Shown piece by piece: positions 19,163-30,117 of a DNA stretch of 64,000 bases. Both the position numbers and the translations under genes were made by a program. The notes below the pieces were generated by a model. The model was not told where the DNA came from and did not search any database. It was given only the letters and a program-made list of their open reading frames with translations. Within the stretch, counting starts at the first letter, position 1. Every line of letters begins with the position of its first letter. Source of the stretch: Rhodobacterales bacterium (GTDB lineage Bacteria; Pseudomonadota; Alphaproteobacteria; Rhodobacterales; Rhodobacteraceae); contig JAUNVT010000001.1 in the NCBI GenBank assembly GCA_030540655.1, forward strand, positions 1,815 through 65,814, written 5' to 3'.

Positions 19163-19663
19163 ATGATGCTAATTTCGCTGAAACGCACGGTGATCGCAAT
19201 TGCGGCCCTCGGTATGGTCGCAGCTTGCGGTGATCAGCCGCCGAAACTCGACCCGGAGGCGATGCAGGTCAAAAGCGGCCGCGAAGCAAAGGGACCCGCA
19301 CGCGTGGGTGCTGCGCCCGGTGAGCCGGGCACCAGCGTCTTTGATATTTTTCGCAGCAAGGAGGCGGGCGTCAAAGTGAACCGCTTCTTGTGGACCGCGT
19401 CGCTTGAGGTGCTGGATTTCTTGCCGATACAGTCGGCTGATCCGTTTACCGGTGTCATCTCGACCGGTTATGGAATCCCGCCGGGCGGCGGGCGCGCCTA
19501 TCGCGCCACGATTCTCATCAGCGATCCGGCGCTGGATGCGCGGTCTCTGAACCTGTCGCTGTCCACGCAGTCGGGCACCGTGGATGCAGGCACCCGGCGC
19601 GCGGTCGAAGATGCGATTCTGGCCCGGGCACGCCAGTTGCGAATGCAGGCCGCGAACTACTGA
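19163..19663 (+). CDS. DUF3576-type lipoprotein
   Basis: Lipobox AALGMVAACG and FLWTASLEVLDFLPIQSADPFTGVISTGY. It sits in the conserved position upstream of leuS. Confidence 0.75.
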   Translation: MMLISLKRTVIAIAALGMVAACGDQPPKLDPEAMQVKSGREAKGPARVGAAPGEPGTSVFDIFRSKEAGVKVNRFLWTASLEVLDFLPIQSADPFTGVISTGYGIPPGGGRAYRATILISDPALDARSLNLSLSTQSGTVDAGTRRAVEDAILARARQLRMQAANY

Positions 19664-19786
19664 TCGCCGCGCCACGTTTTGCCGACTGGTGCCGCGCCGC
19701 GCAATTTTATCCTGCGCCACTGGACGATGGGCTCTGCGCCGCCTATCACCGCAGGCGATCCATATGCCTTAGTGAAAGCCGCCGTC

Positions 19787-22333
19787 ATGTCCCGCTATTC
19801 CGCCGCCGAAATCGAAGCCAACTGGCGCAAGGCCTGGGATGAGGCCGGTATTTTCCGCGCCGAGCCGGACCTCTCCAAACCCAAATATTACGTGCTGGAG
19901 ATGTTTCCCTACCCGTCCGGGCGCATCCATATGGGGCATGTGCGCAATTACACGATGGGCGATGTAATCGCGCGGCACAAGCTTGCCACCGGGCATAACG
20001 TGCTGCACCCGATGGGCTGGGACGCCTTCGGAATGCCGGCCGAAAACGCAGCGATGGCATCGGGCGGTCATCCCAAGGACTGGACCTATCAGAACATCGC
20101 CGACATGCGCGACCAGATGAAGCCGCTGGGCCTGTCGATTGACTGGTCCCGCGAATTCGCGACCTGCGATCCGGAATATTATGGCCAGCAGCAGGCGCTG
20201 TTTCTGGACATGCTGGAGGCCGGGCTGGTCTACCGCAAGAATGCCGTCGTCAACTGGGACCCGGTGGATATGACGGTTCTGGCCAACGAGCAGGTCGAGA
20301 ACGGCCGCGGCTGGCGCTCGGGCGCGGAGGTGGAGCGGCGCGAGCTGACGCAGTGGTTCTTTGCCATCTCCAGCATGGCCGAAGAATTGCTGGAGGCTCT
20401 GGACGGACTGGACGACTGGCCCGCCAAGGTGCGCCTGATGCAGGAAAACTGGATCGGCAAATCGCGCGGGTTGCAATTTGCCTTCGGGCTGAATGACGGG
20501 CCCGAAGGATTCGACCGGATCGAAGTCTACACCACCCGCCCGGACACGCTGATGGGAGCCAGTTTTGTCGGCATTTCGCCCGATCACCCGCTTGCAAGAC
20601 ATCTTGAGCGCGGCGACGCGGAACTGGCCGCCTTCAACGCCGAATGTCGCAAGGGCGGCACTACCGAAGAGGCGTTGGAGAAGGCCGAGAAGCGTGGTTA
20701 TGACACCGGCTTGACCGTGCGCCATCCTTTTGACACATCCTGGGAATTGCCTGTCTATGTCGCCAATTTCATCCTGATGGATTACGGCACTGGCGCCGTT
20801 TTCGGCTGCCCGGCGCATGACCAGCGCGATTTCGATTTCGCCGCCAAATACGGGCTGCCGATCATTCCCGCCTTTCTGCCGTCTGAGGATGCAGATCCCC
20901 ACCTGACAGAAGCCTATGTTCCGCCCAAGACGGACACCGTGCATTATGTCAGCGATCTGGCTGGCGCATCCTGCCGGACGGGGGCCGAAGCGATCGAGGC
21001 GACGATTGCCTTTTGCGAGCAGAATGGCGTCGGGCAAGGCGTGACCAAATACCGCCTGCGTGACTGGGGCCTTTCGCGGCAACGTTATTGGGGTTGCCCG
21101 ATCCCGGTGGTACATTGTGCCGCCTGCGGTGTGGTGCCTGAAAAGAAGGAAAACCTGCCCATACGCCTGCCCGATGATGTCAGTTTTGACGTGCCGGGCA
21201 ATCCGCTTGACCGTCATCCGACATGGCGCGAGGCACCATGCCCCCGCTGCGGCGCCCCGGGGCGCCGCGAGACGGATACGATGGATACGTTCGTCGACAG
21301 CTCGTGGTATTATGCACGGTTTACCGCGCCTCACGCAGAGGCCCCCACCGATCTGGCAGCAGCGGAATACTGGATGAATGTGGACCAGTATATCGGCGGG
21401 GTCGAACACGCGATCCTGCATCTGCTCTACAGCCGCTTCTTTGCCCGCGCGATGCACATCACCGGACATCTGCCCAAATCAGCATCCGAGCCGTTCAATG
21501 CCCTCTTTACTCAAGGAATGGTGACGCACGAGATCTACCAGACCGAAGGCGATAACGGCCGTCCCGTCTATCACCTGCCCGAGGATGTGCAGGACGGAAA
21601 ACTGTCCAACGGCACTGCGGTGCGAGTCATTCCTTCGGCCAAGATGTCGAAATCCAAGAAAAACGTGGTCGATCCCATCGGCATCATCAATGCCTACGGC
21701 GCCGATACCGCGCGCTGGTTCGTTCTGTCCGATAGCCCGCCCGAGCGGGATGTGGAGTGGACCGCCGCCGGGGCGGAGGCCGCGCACAAGCATCTGTCGC
21801 GGGTCTGGCGCATTGCGTCGGAAATCGCAGCGGGCGAAGCGCCAGGCACAGCAGGCGCGGATGACGCGCTCCTGCGCGAAATGAACAAGGCGATTCACGA
21901 TGTCACCGGCGGCGTGGACAGTTTTGGCTTCAACGCGGCAATCGCGCGACTTTACGCCTTTACCGCCGTTCTTGCCAAAAGCGAGGCGGGCAACGCGGTC
22001 AAGCGACAGGCGGCGCGCACGCTGGCACAACTCATGTCGCCCATGACCCCGCATCTGGCCGAGGAAATGTGGCACATGCTGGGAGGCGAGGGGCTGGTTG
22101 CGGTGGCGCCCTGGCCGGTTGCGGATCCGTCGATGATGCAGGACGACACCATTACCCTGCCGATCCAGATCAACGGCAAACGGCGGGCTGAAATCCAGGT
22201 TCCCCAGGACATGCCGAAAGACGAGGTTGAAAAAATCGCCCTTGCGACCGATGCCGTGCAGCGCGCGCTGGAAGGGGCCCAGCCCAGAAAAATAATCGTC
22301 GTCCCCGGCAGGATCGTCAATGTGGTCATTTAA
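19787..22333 (+). CDS. leuS: Leucine--tRNA ligase
   Basis: HMGH ([10 protein letters not shown]) and KMSKS are present. The start was trimmed to [17 protein letters not shown]. Confidence 0.97.
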   Translation: MSRYSAAEIEANWRKAWDEAGIFRAEPDLSKPKYYVLEMFPYPSGRIHMGHVRNYTMGDVIARHKLATGHNVLHPMGWDAFGMPAENAAMASGGHPKDWTYQNIADMRDQMKPLGLSIDWSREFATCDPEYYGQQQALFLDMLEAGLVYRKNAVVNWDPVDMTVLANEQVENGRGWRSGAEVERRELTQWFFAISSMAEELLEALDGLDDWPAKVRLMQENWIGKSRGLQFAFGLNDGPEGFDRIEVYTTRPDTLMGASFVGISPDHPLARHLERGDAELAAFNAECRKGGTTEEALEKAEKRGYDTGLTVRHPFDTSWELPVYVANFILMDYGTGAVFGCPAHDQRDFDFAAKYGLPIIPAFLPSEDADPHLTEAYVPPKTDTVHYVSDLAGASCRTGAEAIEATIAFCEQNGVGQGVTKYRLRDWGLSRQRYWGCPIPVVHCAACGVVPEKKENLPIRLPDDVSFDVPGNPLDRHPTWREAPCPRCGAPGRRETDTMDTFVDSSWYYARFTAPHAEAPTDLAAAEYWMNVDQYIGGVEHAILHLLYSRFFARAMHITGHLPKSASEPFNALFTQGMVTHEIYQTEGDNGRPVYHLPEDVQDGKLSNGTAVRVIPSAKMSKSKKNVVDPIGIINAYGADTARWFVLSDSPPERDVEWTAAGAEAAHKHLSRVWRIASEIAAGEAPGTAGADDALLREMNKAIHDVTGGVDSFGFNAAIARLYAFTAVLAKSEAGNAVKRQAARTLAQLMSPMTPHLAEEMWHMLGGEGLVAVAPWPVADPSMMQDDTITLPIQINGKRRAEIQVPQDMPKDEVEKIALATDAVQRALEGAQPRKIIVVPGRIVNVVI

Positions 22334-22802
22334 CCGCCGTTCTTTCTGCCTCGGCGCTTTGGTTGCGCTGCCTGCCTGCGGATTCACGCCGGTCTACGGT
22401 CCGGAGGGCGGGGGTACGGCGCTGCAAGGGCAGGTGCTGGTCGATGCGCCCAATTCGCGTGATGCCTATCTGCTGACGCGAGCACTGGAAACGCAGTTGG
22501 GCCAAGCCAATCCGGGGCGCTACGGGCTAAGTTATTCCATTTCTGTCGGAACGCAGTCCATCGGTATTTCCAAGAGCAACGAGACGACGCGCTACAACCT
22601 CTTGGGTAACGCCACCTTTGCGCTGCGGAATCTGGAGACGCGGGCGGTGGTCACCTCGGGCAGGGTCACCAATTTCGTCGGCTATTCCGCGTCGGGGTCG
22701 ACCGTGTCGACACGGGCCTCCGAAGTGGAAGCGCGGGAGCGGTTGATGACGATCCTTGCGGACCAGATCATCGCGCGCCTGTTCGTCGCCGCCCCGTCAT
22801 GA
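22320..22802 (+). CDS. lptE: LPS-assembly lipoprotein LptE
   Basis: Lipobox [15 protein letters not shown], within the conserved leuS-lptE-holA order. Confidence 0.8.
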   Translation: MWSFNRRSFCLGALVALPACGFTPVYGPEGGGTALQGQVLVDAPNSRDAYLLTRALETQLGQANPGRYGLSYSISVGTQSIGISKSNETTRYNLLGNATFALRNLETRAVVTSGRVTNFVGYSASGSTVSTRASEVEARERLMTILADQIIARLFVAAPS

Positions 22803-23824
22803 AATTGTCCCCCCGCGATGCGCCCGGCTATTTCGCGCGGCCAGAGCCGGATCGGGCGGGGCTGTTGATTTACGGTGCGGACGCCATGCGCATTGCCCTG
22901 CGGCGGGCCGAGGTGATCTTTGCCCTGACCGGCCCGAAGGGCGAGGAGGAGATGCGCATCACCCGGATGCAGGCGGGCGAATTGCGCAAGGATCCGGCGC
23001 GGCTCAATGACGCGGTGAAGGCAGCCAGCTTCTTTCCCGGCCCGCGCGTCGCCTTTGTCGAGGATGCGAGCGAGGCGTTGGCAGCCCCCATCCTTGCCGC
23101 GCTGGAGGATTGGCGCGAGGGGGATGCGCAGATCATTGTCACGGCGGGCCAGTTGAAACCTGCATCCAAACTGCGCAAAACCTTCGAGTCGCATAAGAAC
23201 GCCTATGCTGCCGCCATCTATGACGAGCCGCCCAGCCGCGCCGAAATTGAGGCAGAACTGGCAAAAGCTGGGTTGAAAAATATCGGCTCCGATGCGCTGC
23301 GCGATCTGCACGAGTTGGGCCGCGCGCTGGATCCCGGTGATTTCCGCCAGACAATGGACAAACTGGCGCTCTATAAGCTGGGCGATGACACAGCCCTGAC
23401 CCCGGACGATATCGCCGCCTGCGCGCCCGCCTCGGTCGAGGCGGATCTGGACGACATTCTGCATATCGTGGCCGAGGCGCGGTCCGGCGAGATCGGTCCG
23501 ATGATGAAGCGCCTGCGTGCCCAGGGCGTGCAGCCCACGGCGCTCTGTATCGCGGCGACGCGGCATTTTCGCACGCTTTACACAGCGGCGTCGGATCCCG
23601 GCGGCGTCAGTCAGGGGATGGCCCGGATGCGCCCGCCTGTATTTGGCCCGCGCCGCGACAGGATGCAGCGCCAGGCGCAGGCTTGGGGCGCGGCCAATCT
23701 GGAAACGGCGCTGAGTGTTCTGACAGAAACGGATCTGGCGCTGCGGTCGGCCGGACAGACGGCGCCGCCGATGCCGCTGGTCGAACGCGCACTGATCCGG
23801 CTGGCGATGACGGTGCGCCGTTAG
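22799..23824 (+). CDS. holA: DNA polymerase III delta subunit
   Basis: Supported by length, position after lptE, and the motif YGADAMRIALRR..DALRDLHEL. Its ATGA overlaps lptE. Confidence 0.8.
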   Translation: MKLSPRDAPGYFARPEPDRAGLLIYGADAMRIALRRAEVIFALTGPKGEEEMRITRMQAGELRKDPARLNDAVKAASFFPGPRVAFVEDASEALAAPILAALEDWREGDAQIIVTAGQLKPASKLRKTFESHKNAYAAAIYDEPPSRAEIEAELAKAGLKNIGSDALRDLHELGRALDPGDFRQTMDKLALYKLGDDTALTPDDIAACAPASVEADLDDILHIVAEARSGEIGPMMKRLRAQGVQPTALCIAATRHFRTLYTAASDPGGVSQGMARMRPPVFGPRRDRMQRQAQAWGAANLETALSVLTETDLALRSAGQTAPPMPLVERALIRLAMTVRR

Positions 23825-24264
23825 CTTCCGCTACCTTTGGCCGCGTCTTCCATCATGGCAAGGAATTCCGCGCCTGTGATACAGGTATGGTCACCCGACA
23901 GCGCATATCCAGCCGGCTTCGCATCGATGAAAAGCTCATGTGTCAAGGTGATGCCTGTGGTATCGTCCAGCGTCCCCATATTGACATAACAGGTGCCGTG
24001 ATGTGGCCCTGGTGCCACCAGCCGATACCACAGCCCACTGCCACAGGCAGAGCAAAACGCACGCTCGCCCCATTCGGACGAGGCGTAGACGGTGATCGTG
24101 TCGCCGCTCTCGATGTGCAATCCGTCGGGCGGCACTTCGACCGACATCGCGATCCCGCCGGTCCATTTGCGGCACATGCTGCAATGGCAGGCTGCGGCCT
24201 CGGTCACGGGGGTTTCAAAACTGAATTTGGTGGCGCCGCAAAGGCAGGATCCGGTTCGGGGCAT
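23821..24264 (-). CDS. GFA (glutathione-dependent formaldehyde-activating enzyme-like / CENP-V) family protein
   Basis: GSCLCGATKFSFE..CHCSMCRKWTGG..FCSACGSGLWY. Confidence 0.85.
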   Translation of the reverse strand: MPRTGSCLCGATKFSFETPVTEAAACHCSMCRKWTGGIAMSVEVPPDGLHIESGDTITVYASSEWGERAFCSACGSGLWYRLVAPGPHHGTCYVNMGTLDDTTGITLTHELFIDAKPAGYALSGDHTCITGAEFLAMMEDAAKGSGS

Positions 24265-24290
24265 ATGATATCCTCAGGCTCGGCGGCCGG

Positions 24291-25835
24291 TCATTCGGTC
24301 GCGGTTTCGGATTCCGGCAGCGGCGCCGGGTCTGCAGGTTGCGTTCGGGCTTCGGGCGCGGCTGGCGCGTCGCTGGGCGTTTCCGGTGCGGCGGTGTCTG
24401 ATCCGCGGGCCGGACCCGCGGCCGGGTCGGCAGCCAATGCGCCATTCTGCCAGTCGCCGGTTTCCTCCTGACCCGAAGCATAGCGCATGGTCCCGGCCCC
24501 TTGCCGCTTGCCATCGACAAAAAGCCCCTCATAGATGTCGCCATTGACGTATTTTGCCACGCCCTTGCCGTTAATCTCGCCGTCTTTCCATTCGCCCTCA
24601 TAAACGAACCCGTCCTGCATTTCGATCCGGCCCATGCCGTCGCGCTGGCCCGCGTTGAAATCGCCGGTATAGACCGTGCCATCGGGGTAGGTGGCGGTGC
24701 CCTTGCCCTGCCGCTCGCCGTCCTGCCATTCCCCCTCGTAGCGATAGCCATCGGCATAGGTCATCACGCCCTGCCCATTGTTGCGGGCGTTCCTGAACAT
24801 GCCCTCATAGACAAGGCCCGAAGGATAGGTGGCGCGGCCCTTGCCCTCGATCACCCCGTCCTTCCACTCGCCATCATAGGTGGCGCCGTCGGGATAGGTG
24901 ATCTTGCCCTCGCCATTGGCCAGATCGTCGCGGAACTCGCCCTCGTAGACCGACCCGTCGGGATAGGTGACGCGGCCCTTGCCCGAAATCTTGCCCGCGA
25001 CCCACGAGCCCTTGTAGACGTAGCCGTCGGTGCCGGTGAATGTGCCTTGACCGTCGCGCTTGTCGTCCCTGAACTCGCCCTTATAGACGTCGCCATTCTC
25101 ATAGGTGACGCGGCCCTGGCCCTCGCGGTGACCGGCGACCAGAGCGCCTTCGTAGACATCGCCATTGGCCTGGGTCAGCTTGCCCTCACCGTCGATCTGG
25201 CCGTCTTTCCACTGGCCGGTATAGATCAGCCCGTCGGGCATGGTCAGCGTGCCGGTGCCATCGCGCGCGCCGCGCTTGACCTCGCCCTTGTAGGTGGCGC
25301 CGTCGGGATAGGTGATGGCGGCTTCGCCATCCTTGGCGCCTTCGGTCCATTCCCCATCATAGACATAGCCGCCGGGGGATGTCATCTTGCCCTGCCCGTG
25401 ATGCATCGCGTTCAGGAATTCGCCCTCGTAGCGCACGCCATTGGCATAGACCGCGACGCCGCTTCCCGTGATCTGGCCATGGGCCCAGGCGCCTTCGTAG
25501 GTGCCGCCATCGGCGAACACGATCTTGCCGGTGCCGTCCGGTTTGCCCTGACTGAATTCACCTTCATAGACCGACCCGTTCGGAAACCGCGCGATGCCCT
25601 TGCCCTTGATTTCGCCTTCGACCCAATCGCCGGAATACTCATAGCCGTTGGGCAGGGTATAGGTGCCGGTGCCATGCTGAAGCCCGTCCTTGAACGTGCC
25701 CTCGTAAACCCCGCCGTCGTCATATTGCTTGGTCTGGATCGTATCGTCCTGAGCCGTCAGCCCGGTGCCGGGAATTGCAGCCATCAGCGCCATGGATGCG
25801 GCAAGGATGATCGGTCGTGTCGTTTTGAATGCCAT
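24291..25835 (-). CDS. Secreted MORN-repeat protein (18 consecutive 23-residue repeats)
   Basis: Signal peptide MAFKTTRPIILAASMALMAAIPGTGLTAQ, then an uninterrupted YEGxFxxGxxxGxGxxxxxxG periodicity from residue 43 to 456 (nt 24468..25709), then a Pro/Ala/Glu-rich tail. Confidence 0.9.
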   Translation of the reverse strand: MAFKTTRPIILAASMALMAAIPGTGLTAQDDTIQTKQYDDGGVYEGTFKDGLQHGTGTYTLPNGYEYSGDWVEGEIKGKGIARFPNGSVYEGEFSQGKPDGTGKIVFADGGTYEGAWAHGQITGSGVAVYANGVRYEGEFLNAMHHGQGKMTSPGGYVYDGEWTEGAKDGEAAITYPDGATYKGEVKRGARDGTGTLTMPDGLIYTGQWKDGQIDGEGKLTQANGDVYEGALVAGHREGQGRVTYENGDVYKGEFRDDKRDGQGTFTGTDGYVYKGSWVAGKISGKGRVTYPDGSVYEGEFRDDLANGEGKITYPDGATYDGEWKDGVIEGKGRATYPSGLVYEGMFRNARNNGQGVMTYADGYRYEGEWQDGERQGKGTATYPDGTVYTGDFNAGQRDGMGRIEMQDGFVYEGEWKDGEINGKGVAKYVNGDIYEGLFVDGKRQGAGTMRYASGQEETGDWQNGALAADPAAGPARGSDTAAPETPSDAPAAPEARTQPADPAPLPESETATE

Positions 25836-26025
25836 GCTATGCCCCGGATGCGCCTTTGCCGCGCTTTTCGCCGCGGCTTTTTCGCAAAACTAAATGACCG
25901 GTCTCCAAGGGGCAACGCGATTCGGCCCCGCCAGCGCCGGACGGCATGGGGCGGCGCCATTTCTGCCATTGGGGCCGGATCGAAAACACTTTAGATCAGG
26001 GTGGAGTAATAGAAGGTATGCACAG

Positions 26026-27684
26026 ATGTCCGATTTGTTCCGTCTGACCCTTGGTCAGCTAAACCCGGTGGTGGGTGATATCGATGGCAACGCTGCGCAG
26101 GCCCGCGGCGCATGGGAGAGTGCCCGTGCTGCAGGTACCGATATGCTGGCCCTGCCCGAGATGTTCATAACCGGGTACAATACGCAGGATCTGGTGCTGA
26201 AACCTGCATTCCATCAGGCCGCCATTACGGCAATTCATGCGCTCGCGGCGGACTGTGCGGATGGCCCCGCCATCGGGATCGGCGGCCCGGCGCTGGAGGG
26301 GGCGGCGCTGTGCAATGCGTATTACATCCTGCAGGGCGGCGAAGTCACCGCCTGCGTGCTGAAGCATCATCTGCCCAGCGAGACGGTTTTCGATGAGGTC
26401 CGGCTCTACGGCGGGGCGCCGGTTGCTGGTCCCTATACCGTTGGCGGCCTGCGGATCGGCAGCCCGATCTGTGAGGATGCCTGGCACGAGGATGTGACCG
26501 AAACACTGGCCGAGACGGGGGCCGAACTGCTTTTGGTGCCCAATGGATCGCCCTATTGCCGGGGCAAGATGGACCTGCGCCAGACCCTCATGGTCAGCCG
26601 TGTGATCGAAACCGGTCTGCCGCTCGTCTATCTGAACATGACGGGCGGGCAGGACGATCAGGTGTTTGACGGCGGCAGCTTCGTGCTGAATCCCGGTGGT
26701 GGTCTGGCCGTGCAGATGCCGCTGTTCGAGGAGGGTCTGGCACATGTTGATTTTACACGCGGGCCGGAGGGTTGGACCGCGCAGAAGGGGGATCTTGCGC
26801 ATATCCCCGGCAGTCTGGAGCAGGATTACCACGCAATGGTGCTGGCTTTACGGGATTACATGCGCAAGAGCGGGTTTGAGAAAGTGCTGCTGGGCCTGTC
26901 GGGGGGCCTCGATTCGGCAATCGTAGCGGTGATCGCCGCCGATGCGCTGGGCGCGGACAATCTCCGCTGCGTCATGCTGCCGTCCGAATACACGTCCGAA
27001 GCCTCGCTTCACGACGCGCAAACTGTGGCGAATGCCCTGGGCTGCCGGTATGACCATATTCCGATCGACGCAGGCCGGGCCGCGATCGCAAGCAGCCTGG
27101 CGCCGCTGTTCGAAGAAACGCAGCCAGACGTGACCGAGGAGAATATCCAGTCGCGCCTGCGCGGTCTGCTCTTGATGGCGTTGTCCAACAAGTTCGGAGA
27201 AATGCTGCTGACCACCGGCAACAAGTCCGAGGGGGCCGTGGGATATGCCACGATCTACGGCGACATGGCAGGGGGCTACAACCCGATAAAGGATCTGTAT
27301 AAAACCCGCGTTTTCGATATCTGCCGCTGGCGCAATGCCAATCACCGCCCCTGGATGATGGGCCCCGAAGGCGAGGTGATCGCGCCCCGCCTCATCGACA
27401 AGCCACCCTCGGCGGAACTGCGTACCGATCAGAAGGACAGCGATTCGCTGCCTGATTATCCGGTGCTGGACGGCATTCTGGAACTGCTCATCGACGGTGA
27501 TGCCAGCGTCGCCGATTGCGTTGCGGCGGGGTTTGACCGCGCCGATGTGACACGCGTTGAGCGTCTGGTTTACATGAGCGAATACAAGCGGTTCCAGTCC
27601 GCCCCCGGGACCCGGCTCAGCAAGCATGCCTTCTGGCTGGACCGGCGTTATCCCATCGTCAATCGCTGGCGCGACAAGGGCTGA
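26026..27684 (+). CDS. nadE: Glutamine-dependent NAD+ synthetase
   Basis: N-terminal CN-hydrolase domain (LALPEMFITGY) plus a C-terminal synthetase with LGLSGGLDSA. The start was trimmed to MSDLFRLTLGQLNP. Confidence 0.93.
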   Translation: MSDLFRLTLGQLNPVVGDIDGNAAQARGAWESARAAGTDMLALPEMFITGYNTQDLVLKPAFHQAAITAIHALAADCADGPAIGIGGPALEGAALCNAYYILQGGEVTACVLKHHLPSETVFDEVRLYGGAPVAGPYTVGGLRIGSPICEDAWHEDVTETLAETGAELLLVPNGSPYCRGKMDLRQTLMVSRVIETGLPLVYLNMTGGQDDQVFDGGSFVLNPGGGLAVQMPLFEEGLAHVDFTRGPEGWTAQKGDLAHIPGSLEQDYHAMVLALRDYMRKSGFEKVLLGLSGGLDSAIVAVIAADALGADNLRCVMLPSEYTSEASLHDAQTVANALGCRYDHIPIDAGRAAIASSLAPLFEETQPDVTEENIQSRLRGLLLMALSNKFGEMLLTTGNKSEGAVGYATIYGDMAGGYNPIKDLYKTRVFDICRWRNANHRPWMMGPEGEVIAPRLIDKPPSAELRTDQKDSDSLPDYPVLDGILELLIDGDASVADCVAAGFDRADVTRVERLVYMSEYKRFQSAPGTRLSKHAFWLDRRYPIVNRWRDKG

Positions 27685-27687
27685 ACC

Positions 27688-28131
27688 CTATTCCCACCAT
27701 CGGTCGACGGTGGCGATGTCATTGTCGGACCAGCCGAAGTGATGCGCGAATTCATGTATGGTGACGTGGCTGACAAGCTCCTCCAGCGTGATGCCATCGC
27801 GAGTTGCCAGCTCGGCCAGGATCGGTCGGCGAAAGAGCCAGACGGTGTCGGGCCAGGGCGCGGGGTAGCTGACTGATTTATGAGTCATGGGTACCCCCTC
27901 GTAAAGGCCGGTCAGAGACATCGGATCATTTATGCCCAGATCGGCCAGCATCTGCGGATCCGCCAGATCCCGGACGCGAAGCGCAACATCGGCCGCCGGG
28001 GCGGCAAAGGGCGGCGGCAAGCCCGCGACAGTATCACGCGCGATCTGCTCGATCTGGTCGAGGCTGGGGGGAGGTATGCTCATCGCGCCGATATGGGCGC
28101 TGGGGCCCGCCAAAGGAAGGGCGGAGGTCAA
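27688..28131 (-). CDS. Small zincin-like metallopeptidase family protein (DUF1025-like)
   Basis: The HExxH motif appears in HVTIHEFAHHFGWSDNDI. The start at 28131 gives an ATGA overlap with the upstream stop. The alternative ATG is at 28083. Confidence 0.7.
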   Translation of the reverse strand: MTSALPLAGPSAHIGAMSIPPPSLDQIEQIARDTVAGLPPPFAAPAADVALRVRDLADPQMLADLGINDPMSLTGLYEGVPMTHKSVSYPAPWPDTVWLFRRPILAELATRDGITLEELVSHVTIHEFAHHFGWSDNDIATVDRWWE

Positions 28132-30050
28132 AGGGGGATGCGCAGTTTCAAGAATCCCTCGGGCGTGATGCCGAGATCTTCGGCCCCTGCCGCGTGGATG
28201 GAAGCGCGGTCAGTCCGCAGCCGCGGTCCGGTATCAAGCAGGATGGTGTTGCCTGCCATGGGCGCAAACCGCCAGTGCGCCGCGTGATCGGTGGGGGCAG
28301 AAAGCGGCGTCCGGGTGATTTGGGCAACCATTTCGTCGCGCAGCAGCGGGGCCGAAATATGCACGATGGCGTCGCGCTCCGCCCTCATGAAGGCGCCGCC
28401 ACTGGTGCGGTAGGTTGTTGTGGCCAGCAAAAACCTGTCTGAATCCCGCAAAGGATGACCGTCGTGGCACAGATCCCTGATGCGCCACGCCTCTGCGTTG
28501 ATCACGTTGCTGTGCCGGTCAAAGCGCGGCAGTGCCGAAAGATCAATCTGGTAAGTCAGCCCTGCGATGACGTCGAAATCATGACCGGGGATCGCCGGAT
28601 CACGCAGTGCCGCCTCGGGCATGTCCGGCATCTGCGTCGCAAAGCAGATTGCCGCCCGCTCCAGCCAGTCGCGCAGCTGGGCACCGGTAATCAGGAGGCC
28701 GCACAGGTGGTTCGGAAAGGTATAGAGATCGGCGGCATGACGCAGCGATATGGGGCCTGCAGGCACGTCGGTAAAATTCCGCGGCCCGCCGCGCCCGCCT
28801 GTCTTGAAGGCGGCGGTGGCGGACAGGATCGGCAGCTCCTCATGCACGGTGCCCTCGACGGCGCGCGCCAAGATCCGTTTTTGCAGCTGATTGACCGCGG
28901 CAACGGACGGATCGGGCCGCACCAGCGCAAGGTAGCTGTGCAGCCGCTGCGCGCATTGGCCGACAGGCTTGCGCATATGACGCCGCGTGAGGATATGCGC
29001 GGCACGCACCGTGCGGGAAAGATCAGGATCGGGCGGAATTCGGGGGACTGCACCCCGCGTTCCGACGGCACGCAATTCGCAGTGATGGCCCGTAACGGCC
29101 CAGCGTTCGTTCAGGCGTTTCAGGGTCAGGTCCATGACGCCCAGATGCGCGCCGAACGCCCCCGCCTGAAGCGCAGGCGTTCCGTTCAGCGTGCCGCGCG
29201 CGTGATCAACGCTGCCCGCCTGTGTTGACACAGCATCGGAGCGCAAGGGGTGCGGAAACAGATCATGGCTATGCCCCGTCATGATCGCGTCCACCCCAGG
29301 AAGCGCCGCCAGCGCCAGCGCCGCATTTTCCGCCATCGGTCCGGCCGGGTCCGCCTCGATGCCGGTATGGGCGAGCAGCAGGACCAGATCGGCGCCTGCC
29401 GCCCGCACTTTGGGAATCATGTCGCGCGCAACTTCAACCATGTCGCGGGCCTCGATGCGCCCACACAGATACCCCTCGTCCCAGGTTGTGATCTGCGGCG
29501 GCACCAGCCCGATGATACCGAGGCTCAGATCGTGCAGATCCCCCGACATATCGTAAAACTGGCGGCGGAGCAGCAGGAACGGTGGCAGGTAACTGCATTC
29601 GCCGGCCGGGCAGGGATGCGTGAATATATTGGCACAGGTAAAGGGAAAGGAGGCATCGGCCAAAGCGCGGTTCAGCCAGTCGACGCCGAAGTTGAATTCG
29701 TGGTTGCCGAGGCCCGCCGCATCATACCCCAGACAGTTCATCGCGGCGATCACAGGGTTCGGGCCGCGCCATCCGCTGGCGGTGTGTCGCGTGATATCGC
29801 CCAAGGGGGTACCCTGAAGCGAGTCTCCATTGTCGAACAACATTGTGTTGGTTGCTTCCAATCGTGCCTCGCGGATCAGGGTCGCGGTGCGAAGCAGACC
29901 ATAGGGGCGTCCGTCCTCCTCTGCATAATAGTCGTAAGGCATCAGATGGGCGTGCAGATCGGTGGTGCCCAGCAGGCGCAGGCGCAAGGTGATGTCCGAC
30001 GTGGTCCGCGTGCTGGTATCGCGCGCGGATGCAGGAAATCGTGCGTTCAT
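28128..30050 (-). CDS. Bifunctional metallophosphatase/5-prime-nucleotidase family protein (CpdB/UshA-like), no signal peptide
   Basis: LGTTDLHAHLMPYDYY, DNGDSLQGTP and GNHEFNFG are present. The start was trimmed to MNARFPAS (ATG at 30050). Neither candidate N-terminus is hydrophobic. Confidence 0.85.
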   Translation of the reverse strand: MNARFPASARDTSTRTTSDITLRLRLLGTTDLHAHLMPYDYYAEEDGRPYGLLRTATLIREARLEATNTMLFDNGDSLQGTPLGDITRHTASGWRGPNPVIAAMNCLGYDAAGLGNHEFNFGVDWLNRALADASFPFTCANIFTHPCPAGECSYLPPFLLLRRQFYDMSGDLHDLSLGIIGLVPPQITTWDEGYLCGRIEARDMVEVARDMIPKVRAAGADLVLLLAHTGIEADPAGPMAENAALALAALPGVDAIMTGHSHDLFPHPLRSDAVSTQAGSVDHARGTLNGTPALQAGAFGAHLGVMDLTLKRLNERWAVTGHHCELRAVGTRGAVPRIPPDPDLSRTVRAAHILTRRHMRKPVGQCAQRLHSYLALVRPDPSVAAVNQLQKRILARAVEGTVHEELPILSATAAFKTGGRGGPRNFTDVPAGPISLRHAADLYTFPNHLCGLLITGAQLRDWLERAAICFATQMPDMPEAALRDPAIPGHDFDVIAGLTYQIDLSALPRFDRHSNVINAEAWRIRDLCHDGHPLRDSDRFLLATTTYRTSGGAFMRAERDAIVHISAPLLRDEMVAQITRTPLSAPTDHAAHWRFAPMAGNTILLDTGPRLRTDRASIHAAGAEDLGITPEGFLKLRIPL

Positions 30051-30117
30051 GCTCTCTCCGAATCGCACCTGCGTGCGATGTAGGGTTACTGGCTGCTGCT
30101 CACACACCTATAAATAA

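Noticed and set aside
19769-21469. A 566-aa ORF antisense to leuS
   Set aside because: leuS on the plus strand has HMGH and KMSKS. The antisense frame has no motif and has shadow-type composition.
24468-25709. A strict 69-nt periodicity that could be mistaken for a tandem DNA repeat or CRISPR-like array
   Set aside because: The periodicity is at the protein level (MORN repeats). The DNA copies are diverged and there is no repeat-spacer structure. The 497-aa antisense ORF 24501..25994 is a by-product.
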